The notes under the pieces were generated by a model. That model was not told the DNA's origin. It was given only the letters and a program-made list of their open reading frames with translations, and did not search any database. The position numbers and the translations under genes were made by a program. From Octopus sinensis (Eukaryota), in assembly GCF_006345805.1 (NCBI RefSeq), contig NC_043011.1, positions 31,012,464 to 31,076,463 of the forward strand: a DNA stretch of 64,000 nucleotides. Direction: 5' to 3'. This document shows positions 11,931 to 25,102 of this stretch, piece after piece. Position 1 is the first letter of the stretch. Each line of letters starts with the position of its first letter.

Positions 11931-13406
11931 CAGGTGACATACCTGTATGCAAGGACAAATGTCTCTTCTCAAACACAGCAAATGCAAGAAGTCTCAGTCC
12001 CCTACACACACACACACACATATGTAAATATGCATACATGCATGTAAATATGCATGCCTGTGTATGTATATATGTATGTGTTGCACTAAACAGCAGGTTT
12101 AATAATGGTACACTTAATCCATCAGCTGGCTTAACACCAGCAACTACTCCAACATAGTGGAGTCCATGCTGTTGCAAGCATTGAAGGGCCAGGCTACCGG
12201 CTTGAGGATACCTTAATCCCTCTTTCCCTCTCAGAAGCCCAGTAAAAAGTCAGGAGTACTGCCTTTCCTCTTGGCTAATCAATGAAAATAGAGAAAATGG
12301 AAATCAAAGACATTCATCCACATATTTTCCTACAGTGGATGAATTCAAGTGTATAAAATTCTGGTGTAGATTTGAACTTGGGATTTATGAGTCCAATATC
12401 TTAAGCACTTGGTATCTGCACAACCATGAAAATCATTAAACTATGAATATCACTAGAGTAAGAAAACCTATCTTTTTCAGTTCATCCCATTATCCATTCA
12501 TATAGGAGTTTCAAACAACATTCATTAAAAATATAGCTTAAGAAAAACAAACAAAATGGCTATGTGGTTAAAAAGCTCACTTTATAACCGTGTAGTTTCT
12601 GGTGCAAGTGTCTTCTAATATAACCTCAGGTCGATCAATGCCTTGCGAATGAATACTGTAGCTGATGGAAATAGTATGGAAGCCCATTGTTCGTGTATAA
12701 ATATATGTGTGTGTATGTGTGTAAAAGCATGTGTGTGTGTGCATGCATGTATATGTACATATGTGTACATGTTTGTCTCTCCACACAACTTGACAACCAG
12801 TGTTGGTTTATCTATGGCACTATAACTTAGCAGCCCAGCAAGAGAGACCAATAGAATAAGAGCCAGATTTGAGAACAAATAATTATTGCAGCTTACTTCA
12901 TCATCATCATCATCGTTTAACATCCACTTTCCATGCTGGCATGGGTTGGACAGTTTGACATGGTGCTGGGCAGCTGGAGAGCTGTCAAGGCTCCAAATGT
13001 CTGTTGTGACATGGATTCTATAGCTGGATGCCCTTCCTAATGCCAACCACTTAGCAGAGTGTTGTGAATGTTTTTTAAATGCCACAAGCACAGGTGCGTT
13101 TATGCAGCACCAGTATGGGTGCATTTTATGTGGCACCAGCACCTGAAAGGACAGGCCTGTATGTGTGGATGCACCTCAAGGCAGTGCTGCAGCTTGACGG
13201 CCAGTGTTGGTTAATTTATGTCCCAATAACTTAGCAGTCCAATAAGACAAACCGACAGAATAAGTACCAGACTTATAAAAGAAAAAAATAAGCACCACAG
13301 CTTCATTAAAATCCTCCAAGACAGTGATACACGACAAAGTAGACGATTCATGATAAAAGTAGACGATACACAATAAAGATACATGATAGACTTCTAATTC
13401 ACTAAC

Positions 13407-13566
13407 CTTACAAAATGTTCCTGGTAGAAGCCTTGGTCTGGTTAATTCAATCAACAGATCACAGACTTTGGAAGTGTCTACTTTGGACAAGGGACTGGAG
13501 GCTGGAGCATTGCATAAAGTCTTAACCACTGGAAGAAAACTGTCAACCACGAGCTCTTGGTTCAAA
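13407..13566 (-). CDS. NCAPG: NCAPG coding exon 14 (LNQELVVDSFLPVVKTLCNAPASSPL...TFCK)
   Basis: Acceptor ttttacag, donor AAG|GTTAGT, 160 nt, phase 2-0. Confidence 0.94.
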
Positions 13567-13974
13567 CTGTAAAATGAATAGCGTTTTAACTTAGAGAGGT
13601 AAAAATAAAAAAGTGCTTGTTTTTATTGATGATTATAGGGAGGGCCTTTCGAAAAATTAAAAAAGAAAACAAATGATAGATAAGCAGCATACTTAATATA
13701 TCAGAATTGTTGTAGTAGTTGTTGTAGAAGGAGTAGCAGCAGCAATAATGTAGAACTATGAAACAGATTTTGGAGATAGGAAAATAAAAGAGGCTCTCGC
13801 TCTCTCTTTATATATATGTGGGTGTTGTATATATACGTGTTGGCTCCCGTGCCAGTGGCACATAAAAAGCACTATTTGACATGATCGTTGCCAGCGTCGC
13901 CGACTGGCACCTGTGCTGGTAGCACGTAAAAAACACCATTCAAGCGTGGTCATTGCCAGTGCTGCTGGACTGGG

Positions 13975-14172
13975 AGGGAGGGAGGGAGAATGGAAGGAAG
14001 GAAAGGAAGAGGGAGGGAGGCAGGCAGAAAGAATGAAAAAAGAAAGAGGGAGAGAGAAAGAAAGGAAAAATAAATAAGATGAATAAAGAAAGAAAGGGGG
14101 AGAAAGGAAGGAAGGAAGGAAAGAAAGAAGGAAAGAAAAATGAAAGAGGGAGAAAGAAGGAAGGAAAGAAGA
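13975..14172. repeat. Homopurine (GGAA/GAAA)n low-complexity tract
   Basis: Directly visible. Confidence 0.9.
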
Positions 14173-14469
14173 CAGACTAATAGAGAGTAACTATTACTGA
14201 GTGTGAGAGAGAATATATGTAAGCAAGGGAAACAGAATGAGAAAAGGGAGAGAATCAGTTGTAAACTGCAGCTTTTAGAGAAAAACCCATGTAAAACACC
14301 TTTTTTCTCCAGTTTCTCACTTCATGCAAGAGCTCTGGGCAAAAAATTATAGTGCCTGACCATCCTTGGCACATAAGTAATGTGTGTGTAAAGTTTGGTG
14401 AAAATCGGTTGAAAATTGTAGAAATGCATACATATTACACATATTCAGACACAGACATTTAATACTTAC

Positions 14470-14651
14470 GCAGAGTCTGATGCGAAGACTGGAAAAAATG
14501 TTCCCAGACAGCAGCACAAGTAATAGTTATCTTCAGAGATGGGATTGAACCATAAAAGAATTAAACGAGTAAGAACTTTGGAGGCAGCTATTCGACCAGA
14601 AAGCAATAATTTTGCCAGACCTTCTGCAGCAACTGTTTGGATTTCACAAAC
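14470..14651 (-). CDS. NCAPG: NCAPG coding exon 13 (VCEIQTVAAEGLAKLLLSGRI...RLILLWFNP...FFPVFA); not in the ORF track
   Basis: Acceptor ttatacag, donor GC|GTAAGT, 182 nt, phase 0-2. Most conserved CAP-G block. Confidence 0.96.
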
Positions 14652-16196
14652 CTGTATAATATTTGCATATGTATATAAAAATCAGTATAAAAACATTCTG
14701 TGACACCATATAATACTTTACATAAAACTCACATAAAAACTATATCACAAACTCAGAAAAAAAAAGTCATAATCTATATAGTGTGAAAAAGGCTAAAGAC
14801 CCCCTTCAATCATGAATGACCATGGGATTACACCTAGAAAGTTACTCTCCAAGGCACAAGTCCAGGCAGGGCTATTTATGGAAGACCAGCAGTCACTCAT
14901 GCATACCAGCCTCCTCTCTCCACACCATCAATGTTATCCAAAGGAAAAACAAAGACCGATACAGTTTGGCACCAGTGACATCGCAACTCTACAGCTGAGT
15001 ACACTGGAGCAACATGAAATAAAGTGTCTTGCACAAGAACACAACACACAGCCTGGTCCAGGATTCGAACTCACTACCTCATTATTGTAAGCCCAATGCT
15101 CCAAACACAGAGCCATGCGCCTTCACATATAAGATATTTATAAACAACCCTTACAGTACAATATAATGCATATAAAACATTTTAGTAAAATCCTACTCCA
15201 TCAGGCATGGCTGTGTGGTTAAGAAACTCACTGTGCAACCACATCATTCTGAGTTCAGTCCCACTGCATTGCACTTTGGGCAAATGTCTTTTATTATAAC
15301 TCTAGGCTGACCAATGCCTTTTGAATGCATTTTGCAGACAGAAAATTTAAGGAAGCTAGACATATATACCTTTTACTTGTTTTAGTGATTGGATTCGAGC
15401 GTGGCCGTTGCCAGTGCCACCTGACTGGCTCCCATGCCGGTGGCACATAAAAAGCACCATCCAAGCGTGGCCAATGCCAGTACCGCCTTTGTGCAGGTGG
15501 CACATAAAAAACACCCACTACACTCTCAGAGTGGTTGGCATTAGGAAAGGCATCAAGCTGTAGAAATATTGCCAGATAAGATTGGAGCCTAGTGCAGCCT
15601 TCTGGTTTGCCAGCCCTCAGTCAAACCGTCCAGCCCATGGAAAGCAGACATTAGATGACAATGATGATGATTACAGCTATGTTGGGGCACCACCTTGAAG
15701 GAATTAGTCAAAAATTTGACACCGGTACTTGTTTTTTAAGCCTGGTATTTATTCTATTGATCCTTTTTGTTGAACTGTTAAATTACAGGATGTAAACAAA
15801 CCAACATCAGATATTGAGTAGTTGGTGGAGGGAGACACAAACACCACACACACACACACACATATACTCGACAGGCTTCCACCCTATTTCTGTCTACCAA
15901 AATTCACTCACAAGGCATTGGTCAGCTTGAGGCTATAGTGAAAGACATTTGTCCAAGGTGCTGTACAGTGAGACCAAACCCAAACCCAAAACCATATGGG
16001 TGCAAAGCAAACTTCTTAACCACACAGCCATGCTAGTGAATTAAAGAACCTAAACAATCATCAACAAAGACAACAAAGTTACAAATACAATATCCCTCAC
16101 CATATCGCAGTTTTATTAAAGTTTACGTCGATTCCTCTGTGGTGTTGTTTTGCATTTATGATAAAATATATACAAATGATAAAAATAATACAAAAA

Positions 16197-16595
16197 GGAT
16201 TGGCTGTGTGGTAAGTAGCTTGCTTACCAACCACATGGTTCCAGGTTCAGTCCCACTGCGTGGCACCTTGGGCAAGTGTCTTCTACTATACCCTCGGGCC
16301 GGCCAAAGCCTTGTGAGTGGATTTGGTAGACGGAAACTGAAAGAAGCCCGTCATATATATGTAAATATATGTGTGTGTGTGTGTGTGTATTTGTGCATCT
16401 GTGTTTGTCCCCCCAACATTGCTTGACAACCAATGCTGGTGTGTTTGCGTCCTCCATAACTTAGCGGTTCGGCAAAAGAGACCGATAGAATAAGTACCAG
16501 GCTTACAAAGAATAAGTCCTGGGTATCGATTTGCTCGACTAAAGGCTGTGCTCCAGCATAGCCACAGTCAAATGACTGAAACAAGTAAAAGAGTA
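16197..16595 (+). mobile_element. tRNA-derived SINE (family starting GGCGTAGGAGTGGCTGTGTGGTAAG)
   Basis: A-box-like TGGCTGTGTGG, B-box-like GGTTCAGTCCC, CORE-like ccttgggcaagt, internal (TG)n, tail gaaacaagtaaaagag. Many copies in the window. Confidence 0.8.
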
Positions 16596-16706
16596 CAGTA
16601 CTGTTTCTACTTCACGGGTTTTCACCTATCATGGCGGGGGGAAGGGGTGTAGGAGCTTAACACCCACAATAGTCAAGGGACTACTGTAGTCAAGTAACAA
16701 ACTCAC

Positions 16707-16958
16707 CTCAGAATCCATCTGTTTACAGAGTAGTGCTATCATTACACTGGATCCAGATTTTTCTTGAGTGCTTTCCTCCAAATTCGACTCTAAGTTATTT
16801 GCGGTTTCATTATTCTCTGAACAAGAATTAGCTTCACCATCTTCTTCACTGCTTGAAGAATTCACAAACAGATCGATTCCAAACACTAATAGAATATCAA
16901 AGATTGCTCTCAGAGCTGTCACTTTCACTGCATCAACTTCCACTTCGATATGACACGC
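16707..16958 (-). CDS. NCAPG: NCAPG coding exon 12 (ACHIEVEVDAVKVTALRAIFDILLVFG...MDSE)
   Basis: Acceptor ccatttaag, donor GAG|GTGAGT, 252 nt, phase 0-0. Confidence 0.9.
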
Positions 16959-17713
16959 CTTAAATGGAGAAAAAGTACCACCAGATTCATTTAGAGCATT
17001 CAAAAAAGTACAGGTAAAGTACTAAAATAAATAGTCAAAATTAATCAAGAATAAAATTGATTCTCCCGTCCTATACTTGTGGTGATTTGGTAGAAAAAAT
17101 TGTGCCCAGCAAATGTAACCTACCACTACTTCTAGATTTAATAAATGGCTATGTCAGATGTATAAAAGGCACCATTGTCCATATCCTCTCTTATGCTCAC
17201 TTTTTGTACCTTGTGAGTTTGCTCTAGCACCCCATCACCACCTTACTTTTATATCCTTCACCCATGTATCTCTTCTGTAGCAAAACATCTGTGCTTGTCC
17301 CTCTACCATACTTTAACCTTTAAGCACTACAATCTCTCCAGACCTACTTTTCAACATGACAACATTAACTGCAACAACTTTAAGCTTTGCAGTTGACAGA
17401 CAGAGAATTGAATCTCTAGTGTTATTTAGGTTGTCTGTTGACCATTTTCTACATCTGAAAGAAAGAGAGTTGGTTCAATCATCTAATGTCTTGTGGAGTC
17501 CACATTTTCTTTATGCAGAATTTTAATCAAAGTTACTGCTCTCTTCATCAAGTTGCCTTCTCTGTTGCTTGCAGAGTTCACATCTATCCCCATACAGCTT
17601 TCATTTTCAATCAAAATTACAGTTCTACATAAGTTACGAAAAACACCAACATAACAGCTGGGTCCACTTTATTTTCACTGTATATATTATGAAGAAAATA
17701 TCCAGGAGCTTAC

Positions 17714-17833
17714 CTCTAAGAAAATATTCAAGTGTCGTATTGCTGTTTCTTTACAATTCAAGCAACACAATCCGAGACATTTCAGCCCAAGGTTTCGCAC
17801 TTCATCGCATTCATTTGGGATGGAAGGAAGAAT
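17714..17833 (-). CDS. NCAPG: NCAPG coding exon 11 (ILPSIPNECDEVRNLGLKCLGLCCL...IFLE); not in the ORF track
   Basis: AAG acceptor (tttcatcaaaag), donor GAG|GTAAGC, 120 nt, phase 0-0. VRNL..CLG.C motif. Confidence 0.92.
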
Positions 17834-18619
17834 CTTTTGATGAAATCATGGAAAAGAAGAAATCATAAAAACTGTTGTAATATTGAAATAATATCTATGG
17901 AAACTGCTGTAATATTGAATTTTTATTCCATAAGAAACAAGTCAAATTTTTACAAGGGATAGGTATAATTAACTGAATTAACCCCAATATATTACAAGTA
18001 TTTATTTGAGATGACCCATGTTCACCATTCAATGAATTCCCCTCCCCCACCATCTCCCACTCACCTTTTGCACTCTCACTCACTTCCTGCCTACTCACCC
18101 TCTCTAATCCTATTAACCACTTTGCATAACTTCATCTCTCAGTACCTTGAGGGTATGCCCTGATGCATCTTCCCCACCATCTTCTCTCTCTCTCTCTTTC
18201 TCATTTCCAAGTTAGGGTAGCCATGTATCTCCTCGTGAAGGCGGTGAGCTGGTAGAATCGTTAACATGCTGGGCAAAATGCTTAGCAGTATTTTGTCTGC
18301 TGTTACATTTTGAGTTCAAATTCCACCAAGGTCTACTTTGCCTTTCATCCTTTTGGGGTTAATTAAATAAGTACCAGTTACACACTGGGATCAATGTAAT
18401 CGACTTGATCCCTTTGTCCCCAATAAAGAAATATCTCTTCTACAGCTTACTTGGGTCAGATTTCCTACAGCCAGATGCCATTCCTATGTAGGACTACAGA
18501 ATGTCTTCTCTAGCCCAGGAATCAGAAACTTTTCATAATGGCCCACTTTTGCATTTCTTTTATTTAGTAACATTTACAAATTGTTCACATGTTAGTTAGT
18601 TAATTTTTTGGCTCAAAAA

Positions 18620-18810
18620 GCAAAAAAGCAAGGCCATGTAGGGGGACATGGAGTTATGTACAGGGTGGTGTTCAAGTAAAGAGTTCAGGCCACTTGTGGT
18701 CAAGGGAGACTTTGAACCGAGCGGTCGTCGGCATCTTCACCATCTCATCCGGCAGCTTATTCCACGGATCCGCAACCCGGACGGAGAGAGCCCCTCTCCT
18801 TCGATGTATA
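18620..18810 (-). mobile_element. CR1/L2-type LINE 3' end, CpG-rich (young)
   Basis: RRGALSVRVADPWNKLPDEMVKMPTTARFKVSLDHKW* on the minus strand. Confidence 0.7.
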
Positions 18811-19172
18811 TTATTACATCATATCATTACGTGGAAAAAAAAATATCCTTACATGGTTCCCCATTTCTATTTCTGGCAATGTTTGCAGGCAAAAATTAAA
18901 ATGTGATAAACAAAGTACTGATATATATTGGGGAAACATCAGTAAGAAAACTAAATAAATTGGTACTTTCTAACAAAAATCCCTTGCTATATTTCTTCCA
19001 CCTAAGATGTAGTGAATCACTCGTTGGCACATGAATAAGCTGTTAAGCAACTATGCTATTATTCATGCACAACAAACAAAAAAAGAAAAGAAAAAGCAAT
19101 ATAAGATTTTTTGAAAAATAAGAACTATCAACACAAAAACAAGACATTAAGAATTAATCAAGAAATACTTAC

Positions 19173-19280
19173 AATGCTCTCTTTCAGAACTTCAATGGTT
19201 GGTTCTTTGACAGAGACATTCTTCAACATTAGTGTTTCACAAATTATTGTTAGGCACTTCAACAGAGTCTTTGGATCATT
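19173..19280 (-). CDS. NCAPG: NCAPG coding exon 10 (NDPKTLLKCLTIICETL...LKESI); not in the ORF track
   Basis: Acceptor ctttacag, donor ATT|GTAAGT, 108 nt, phase 0-0. Confidence 0.92.
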
Positions 19281-20248
19281 CTGTAAAGTAAAAGCAAATT
19301 ATCTTGACTTATAAGGACACAGCACAGATTTATTAGCAGGACAGCTACTTGGGCAAGGTAATACACTGCAAACAAGCACATAACTAATCAAACCATATGA
19401 ACTTGACTTCAACAGCATGTTAGATACTAAAAGACTCATCTACTGCTGCCACAACTCTCTCGCTGGATACCAGGAGATTCGTCTACTGTTACAACTCTCT
19501 ACTCCCATCCGAGAACCATTTCCCTTTAAAACTATCTCCTGGCCCATGCTTCACAAACAACTGCTAACCTGCATCAGTTTAAACTGAATACTTGAATGTA
19601 TTAATCTCATCCCTTTTAAACTTATTGATATAGCAGGATAAGATAAAAAATATGAACACTCTCCCTTCCATCTCATCGCAAAGTGTTGTTGAGTGAATAA
19701 AGCAGAAATAAATATACCATATTTGAGGGCATATAAAACATGCAATTTTTTTTTCCATGAACAGTGTCTCAGAAGAGTACTCCTTGTCTTATCTGTGAAG
19801 TTGGGCCTATCTCATTTCAGAAATAACTGAATCAACATTTAACAGAACCCTCTTATCAATTACCTGCTACAGGAGAAGCAGTAATCTGATATTTCTAGTA
19901 GAGATCTTCAGCAAACAAGAATGAGGGGAAGATATGAAAAAAAGTCTTTAGACAGATTAATAACGGAATAAGAGACTGAGACAAAGTGAAAGATGAGTGA
20001 TTAGGCAGTAAAGTAGTAAAAGAAATAATAAGTAAAAAAAAATTGGGAACTGAAAGAGTTGCAGAACAGAAAATATTTTTTAATCAATGCAATTTTAATC
20101 ATATATAAATACAAGACTGAATCTTTATTTTTTTTTCCCCTCTTATCAATTTTTGTGTATGAAACTATCTTAGTTCTATCTATTTGAAATTTCAAACAAA
20201 AGGAGATGACAAGGGACAATAACAAATGGTGAGATGCTGTGATAAAAC

Positions 20249-21049
20249 GGATCCTTTCGGTTTGAACGGCAGTTTTTAACATAATTTCTAGGTAACTAAA
20301 AAATTTTAAACTTTGTATACTGGTAGAATCTCTCTCTATATAAACGGCAGTTTGTCTGTGCGTTTTCTGTGTGTCTGTTTTCTCGTACCCTCACTCTGGC
20401 CACGGCTTTCAACCGATTCTGATGAAACTTGACACACATATAGCCCAATGTCATAATTCAAAACTAACACAGCGAAAATTTTGAAAAGTTCCCCCAGTTC
20501 TGAAAAAAATCGATAAATTCGACATGGGGTCGAGAATCAGAAACCCAAACCACAGACTGTCTAGGGGACGCAACTCCACCTTTTTTAACTCTCAAAAAAA
20601 ATTTACCATCATTTTTTTCCCATTTTTTTGCTATTTTTTGGCTATAACTCTCTAAAAATGCTTTATAGTTATTTCCCTTACAAACCTGAGCAACGCCGGG
20701 CGATACTGCTAGTGTGTTTATAAAACATCTTTTTCTCTTGGCTTTATTGAGAAAATTCTATAGTTTGTAAGATATTTGTTGGGTTTTTTTTCTTCAATTT
20801 CTGCAATTTCAACCAATCACTGACGTCTATTGAGGTAAAAAAAAACATTCTGTGCCGTATGAATATGTCCCTCGTTTAAGAAACAGATTGGGTTTATTTA
20901 CATTTGTGAAGAAAAAAAAGGTACCCTTCCCCCCACCCCTAACTCTAAAACAGATTGAAATGCAATAGATCGATACTAGGGTCATAATTATAGGTGACAA
21001 TTTTATATGACACCGCTAGAAAAAACTGCCATTCAAACCGAAAAGATCC
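20249..21049. mobile_element. Merlin-like MITE, second copy
   Basis: TIRs GGATCCTTTCGGTTTGAACGGCAG / CTGCCATTCAAACCGAAAAGATCC. TSD gataaaac / aataaaac (7 of 8). Confidence 0.8.
20329..20712 (+). mobile_element. Non-autonomous Helitron nested in the MITE
   Basis: 5'-TC start, 3'-CTAG end, GC-rich subterminal segment, inserted between A and T with no TSD. Removing it restores tggtagaa|tgtgttta as in the other MITE copies. A related 3' end is at 90-118. Confidence 0.85.
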
Positions 21050-21358
21050 AATAAAACAGATTTGTCCAACCCACACCAATATGGAAAGATAGATGTAAAA
21101 TAAAATTGAAAATGAAAACTAAAATGCAAACAAATTTAATGTAAATTCCTATTTCATTTTTCTCTAATTAAACTAAAATGGCTAAGACATTCACTGGATA
21201 CATTTGGTGCTACTAGCTACTATTTCATTCTTGTTCACAATCTCTAACTTTGGTACAAAGTACAATGTTTGTAAAGACATCATTTAATAGGAAATGGCTG
21301 AAACAAAACTACAAATTAAGAATAATTTTTCACACTGTGTCTCCCAAGCAATGCTAAC

Positions 21359-21535
21359 CTTCACTTCATTTGTTTCCTCGGAGCTGGGTATTTTTGACGC
21401 ATTTAATTCTTCTTGTTGCTGTTCAAGTTGCTTCAGAGTGTTCTTTACATTGGCAGCAGAAATATAGTCTTCTTTTTTGACATATTCATCTAAATGATCT
21501 CGCAGCTCGTGAATTTTAATTCGTAAGGAAGCAAT
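21359..21535 (-). CDS. NCAPG: NCAPG coding exon 9 (IASLRIKIHELRDHLDEYVKKEDYISAANVK...EVK); not in the ORF track
   Basis: Acceptor ttgtatag, donor AAG|GTTAGC, 177 nt, phase 0-0. Coiled-coil segment of CAP-G. Confidence 0.92.
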
Positions 21536-24500
21536 CTATACAAAGGAAATTCAAACGAAATTTTAAGCATAATTCTAACCATCTAATCAGGAAACTAAAG
21601 AGACACTTTTAAAAGAGCAGTCAATAAAACAAAGCTCAATGAAAATTTCTGAGAAATGTTAAATTTGCTTTTTTTTTTCTGGTTTTAATTTTTAATTTAA
21701 AAGGAAATACTCTATGGGCTCACCCAACACAATACAGAAAAAAAAAATCTATAATAATTGAAGTCTTATGAAGAGCTATTAACAGGAATGGAAATTACTG
21801 GCATATTCATCTAACTCATTTTAATTCATAAGGAAGCAATCTATACAAAGGAAACTTTAAGCATAATTTTAACCAGCTAATCAGGAGACTAAAGAGGCAC
21901 TTTTAAAAGAGCAATCAATAAACCAGGAGGCTCAATGAAAATATCTGAGAAATGTCAAATTTGTTTTATATTTTTTCTGGCTTCAAGTTTTAATTAGATA
22001 GGAAATGCTGTGCTCACCCAATACAAAACAGGAAAAAAATCTATAACAGCAGCACTCAGAGAGTGCAAACCTCCGCCAAGGCAACACCAATGTCCTCTCA
22101 ATGATTAGCCAAAGATGATTTTTAAAATGAGAATATTTAAAATAAACTCGAATGCTCTCACAAATGAGAATACTAAGAATGAACCCGACCGCTCTCAAAA
22201 GTTAAATATATAAAAAAAAAAAACAGGAAAAATAATCCAGAATCTTTGTCCAGTACTGGATTGATCCCAAAATCTAATCACTTCATGCCAGTCATGAGGC
22301 CAAACATCCTTGAAAGTTTCATCCGAATCCATCCAGTGGTTCTTGAGATATCTTGTCCACAGACAAACAATACCATTCTTACACACACACACACACAAAC
22401 ATTTTAAACCATTGCTGGCATCAAGAAATTTTGCTTGTGGACCATATTTCACATGAGTTAGGCAACTCTGCAATACTAATTTTTCAGTAATCTGCTATCT
22501 ATCTAACACTGATCATTATCAGACATGAGCTGATTACCACTGTATCCTAATTTCAGAATAAATACATTGTATCCGTGCATTTTATAAGAGGCAACTAAAA
22601 GGGTGTCTGGCAGGAAAACACTGCTTAGGGAATTAGTCCAGCCCGTACCAGAGCAGATGGAAGAGCAGATGCAAAATGATCATGATGATGATACGAGTAC
22701 AATGGGATCTCAGATAGACTGAACAAGTAGACAGACTACAGACCTAACAGATGTACAGGCAGAGTAGTTATCAGTAGGAGCACCCATAATGTGCAATCTT
22801 TCAACTGCCCAAAAAATTGAGTAGAAGTAGTTTACAGTTCCTGTTACTTAGAGGACCTAATCACCAGAAGAGTCAGCTTATAGCAGCAGCATAATAGCCA
22901 GAGTATGGACAAGGTAGAAAAATTTTAGGAAACTTTTATTCCCGATAGCAAAAAAAAAAAAAAAAAGGACATCTCTCTTTACATGTAAGGCAGAATGTTT
23001 GAAGCATATTGCACTGTGGCAGTGTGACAGATATATGCAGTGAATACAGAGAATATAGAAAAGCTGAAATGAAATGAGGCGAGCAGGCTTCAGTGAATGA
23101 GTAATGTTAATGTGCAACAGCGATAGAGCACAGATGAGCCGAGAGAATATGATTACAGGGGACAAATCAATGCGTAAGAAAATGGTAGTTGATTTCCATC
23201 TGCCATAAACTCCTTTCAGTTGCATTTTCAAGTAATACAAACGAAAGGGGCCTACAGAAGATGAAAATCAACAATGACATTGGAAGAAGTAATAAAGGTT
23301 GATCTCAGAAAGGCAAACCTTAAAAAGGAGGTTAACAAACAATTGTGAAAAATAGCAAGGTACTATGATGAAGCAGACCTGTCCAACCCATGCCAGCATG
23401 AAAAAAAAATAACGATAATGATCATTCATTCATACACACGCACACACATTTAGGTAGATAGGTAGGTAGGTAGGTAGGTAAAATAGCATAAATGGAACCA
23501 GGAGGAAAAGAGACAGACAGTTGAACAATATGTAAGGTTACAACAGGTAGACAAATATTCTTTTCTCCTCTAGGCACAAGGCCCAAAATTATTGGGGAGG
23601 GGACCAGTCAATTAGATCGACCCCAGTACGCAATTGGTACTTAATTTATCAACCTCAAAAGGATGAAAGGCAAAGTCGACCTAGGTGGAATTTGAACTCA
23701 GAATGTAAAGACAAAATACCTATTTCTTTACTGCCCACAAGGGGCTAAACACAGGGAGGACAAACAAGGACAGACAAACGGATTAAGTCGATTACATCGA
23801 CCTCAGTGTGTAACTGGTACTTATTTAATCGACCCCTAAAGGATGAAAAGCAAAGTCAACCTCAGCGGAATTTGAGCTCAGAACGTAAAGACAGACAAAA
23901 TACCGCTAAGCATTTCGCTCAGGTAGACAAAAATTAAGAAGGTGGTGGACAAAACATAACACACATACATATACAGAATCACTAACAGAAAAAATTGTGC
24001 ACAGGAAATTGTATGCTGTAAAAATGGAAAGGAAAATAAGATGACCAACATTTTGAAAGAAAGAAATAAACAAAAGAAAAGAAACAGTGGTGTATTTCAG
24101 GCAACATGGTTAAAATGTGAATATAACATCTTTTTGTCATTAAACATCTTATATCAGAACAGTGTGACAAATAATAGTCAATAAGGCTTTTTTTTTTTAT
24201 TTATAGGTTATGCTTAACCATATTGACAACCTAAACAGACAGAGATATCAATGGATAGATTCATCATCCTCATTTAGCATCCATATTTCATGTGGGAAAA
24301 TACCACAAGAGCCAGCCAAGCTGAAGCCTGCAGACTTCTGTGACTGTTTTGGCAGAATTTTTACAGCTGGAGTGGACTTAGTGCTTTTTATGTGGTACAG
24401 GTGAGGTGAGTAGTGCTTTGTGTGTGACACAAGCACAGGCAAGGTCAGTTCTGGCAAGGTTTTTGCATTCGCAAAATTGTATACTTGTTGCATTATACAT

Positions 24501-25102
24501 TAAGAAGTTGAATATGTCACAGACAAGTTTTATTTACATTTTGTTATTACTTAGTTAGAAGAGAAGGGCAAGGCCCTAACCCTATTCAAAGCTGCAAAGA
24601 CTGATGGGAGAGCAGAGGTTTTCCTCAAGCTGGAGACATGGACCAAAGCTTACAATAAAGTGGACTCTACTAAAGGCACGCAAAGATTATATGGCAGAGT
24701 GGAACCAGGAGACAGGTTAACTCTCTTCTCCCCACCCTCAAGTAGACCACAGTGAGATTTGAACTCAGAATGCAGAGAGCCAGAATAAATACCTCAAGGC
24801 AGCCCATCTGATGCATTGACAATCTTGCCAGTCCACCACTCCAAAGTAGCATTTCATTTAATGATCCTCAAAAGGATGAAAGGCAATGTTAAACTTCGCA
24901 GTATTTGAACTCAGAACAGAATGAGAGGGAATAAATTACGAGTTATTTCATCAATGCCCTCACATCTGTACTCATTCACAACCAATATTCCTTACATAAT
25001 TCTCATGTCAACTGAGTATGACACTGTGTGTTACTATACTAGGTTGGCCCATTCAATTACTGGTACTGTATTTTGGGCCTTCAGTACTAGACGAATAAAA
25101 TA

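Noticed and set aside
13975-14172. Homopurine tract as an H-DNA or splicing element
   Set aside because: A common simple repeat in this genome type, with no specific supporting evidence.
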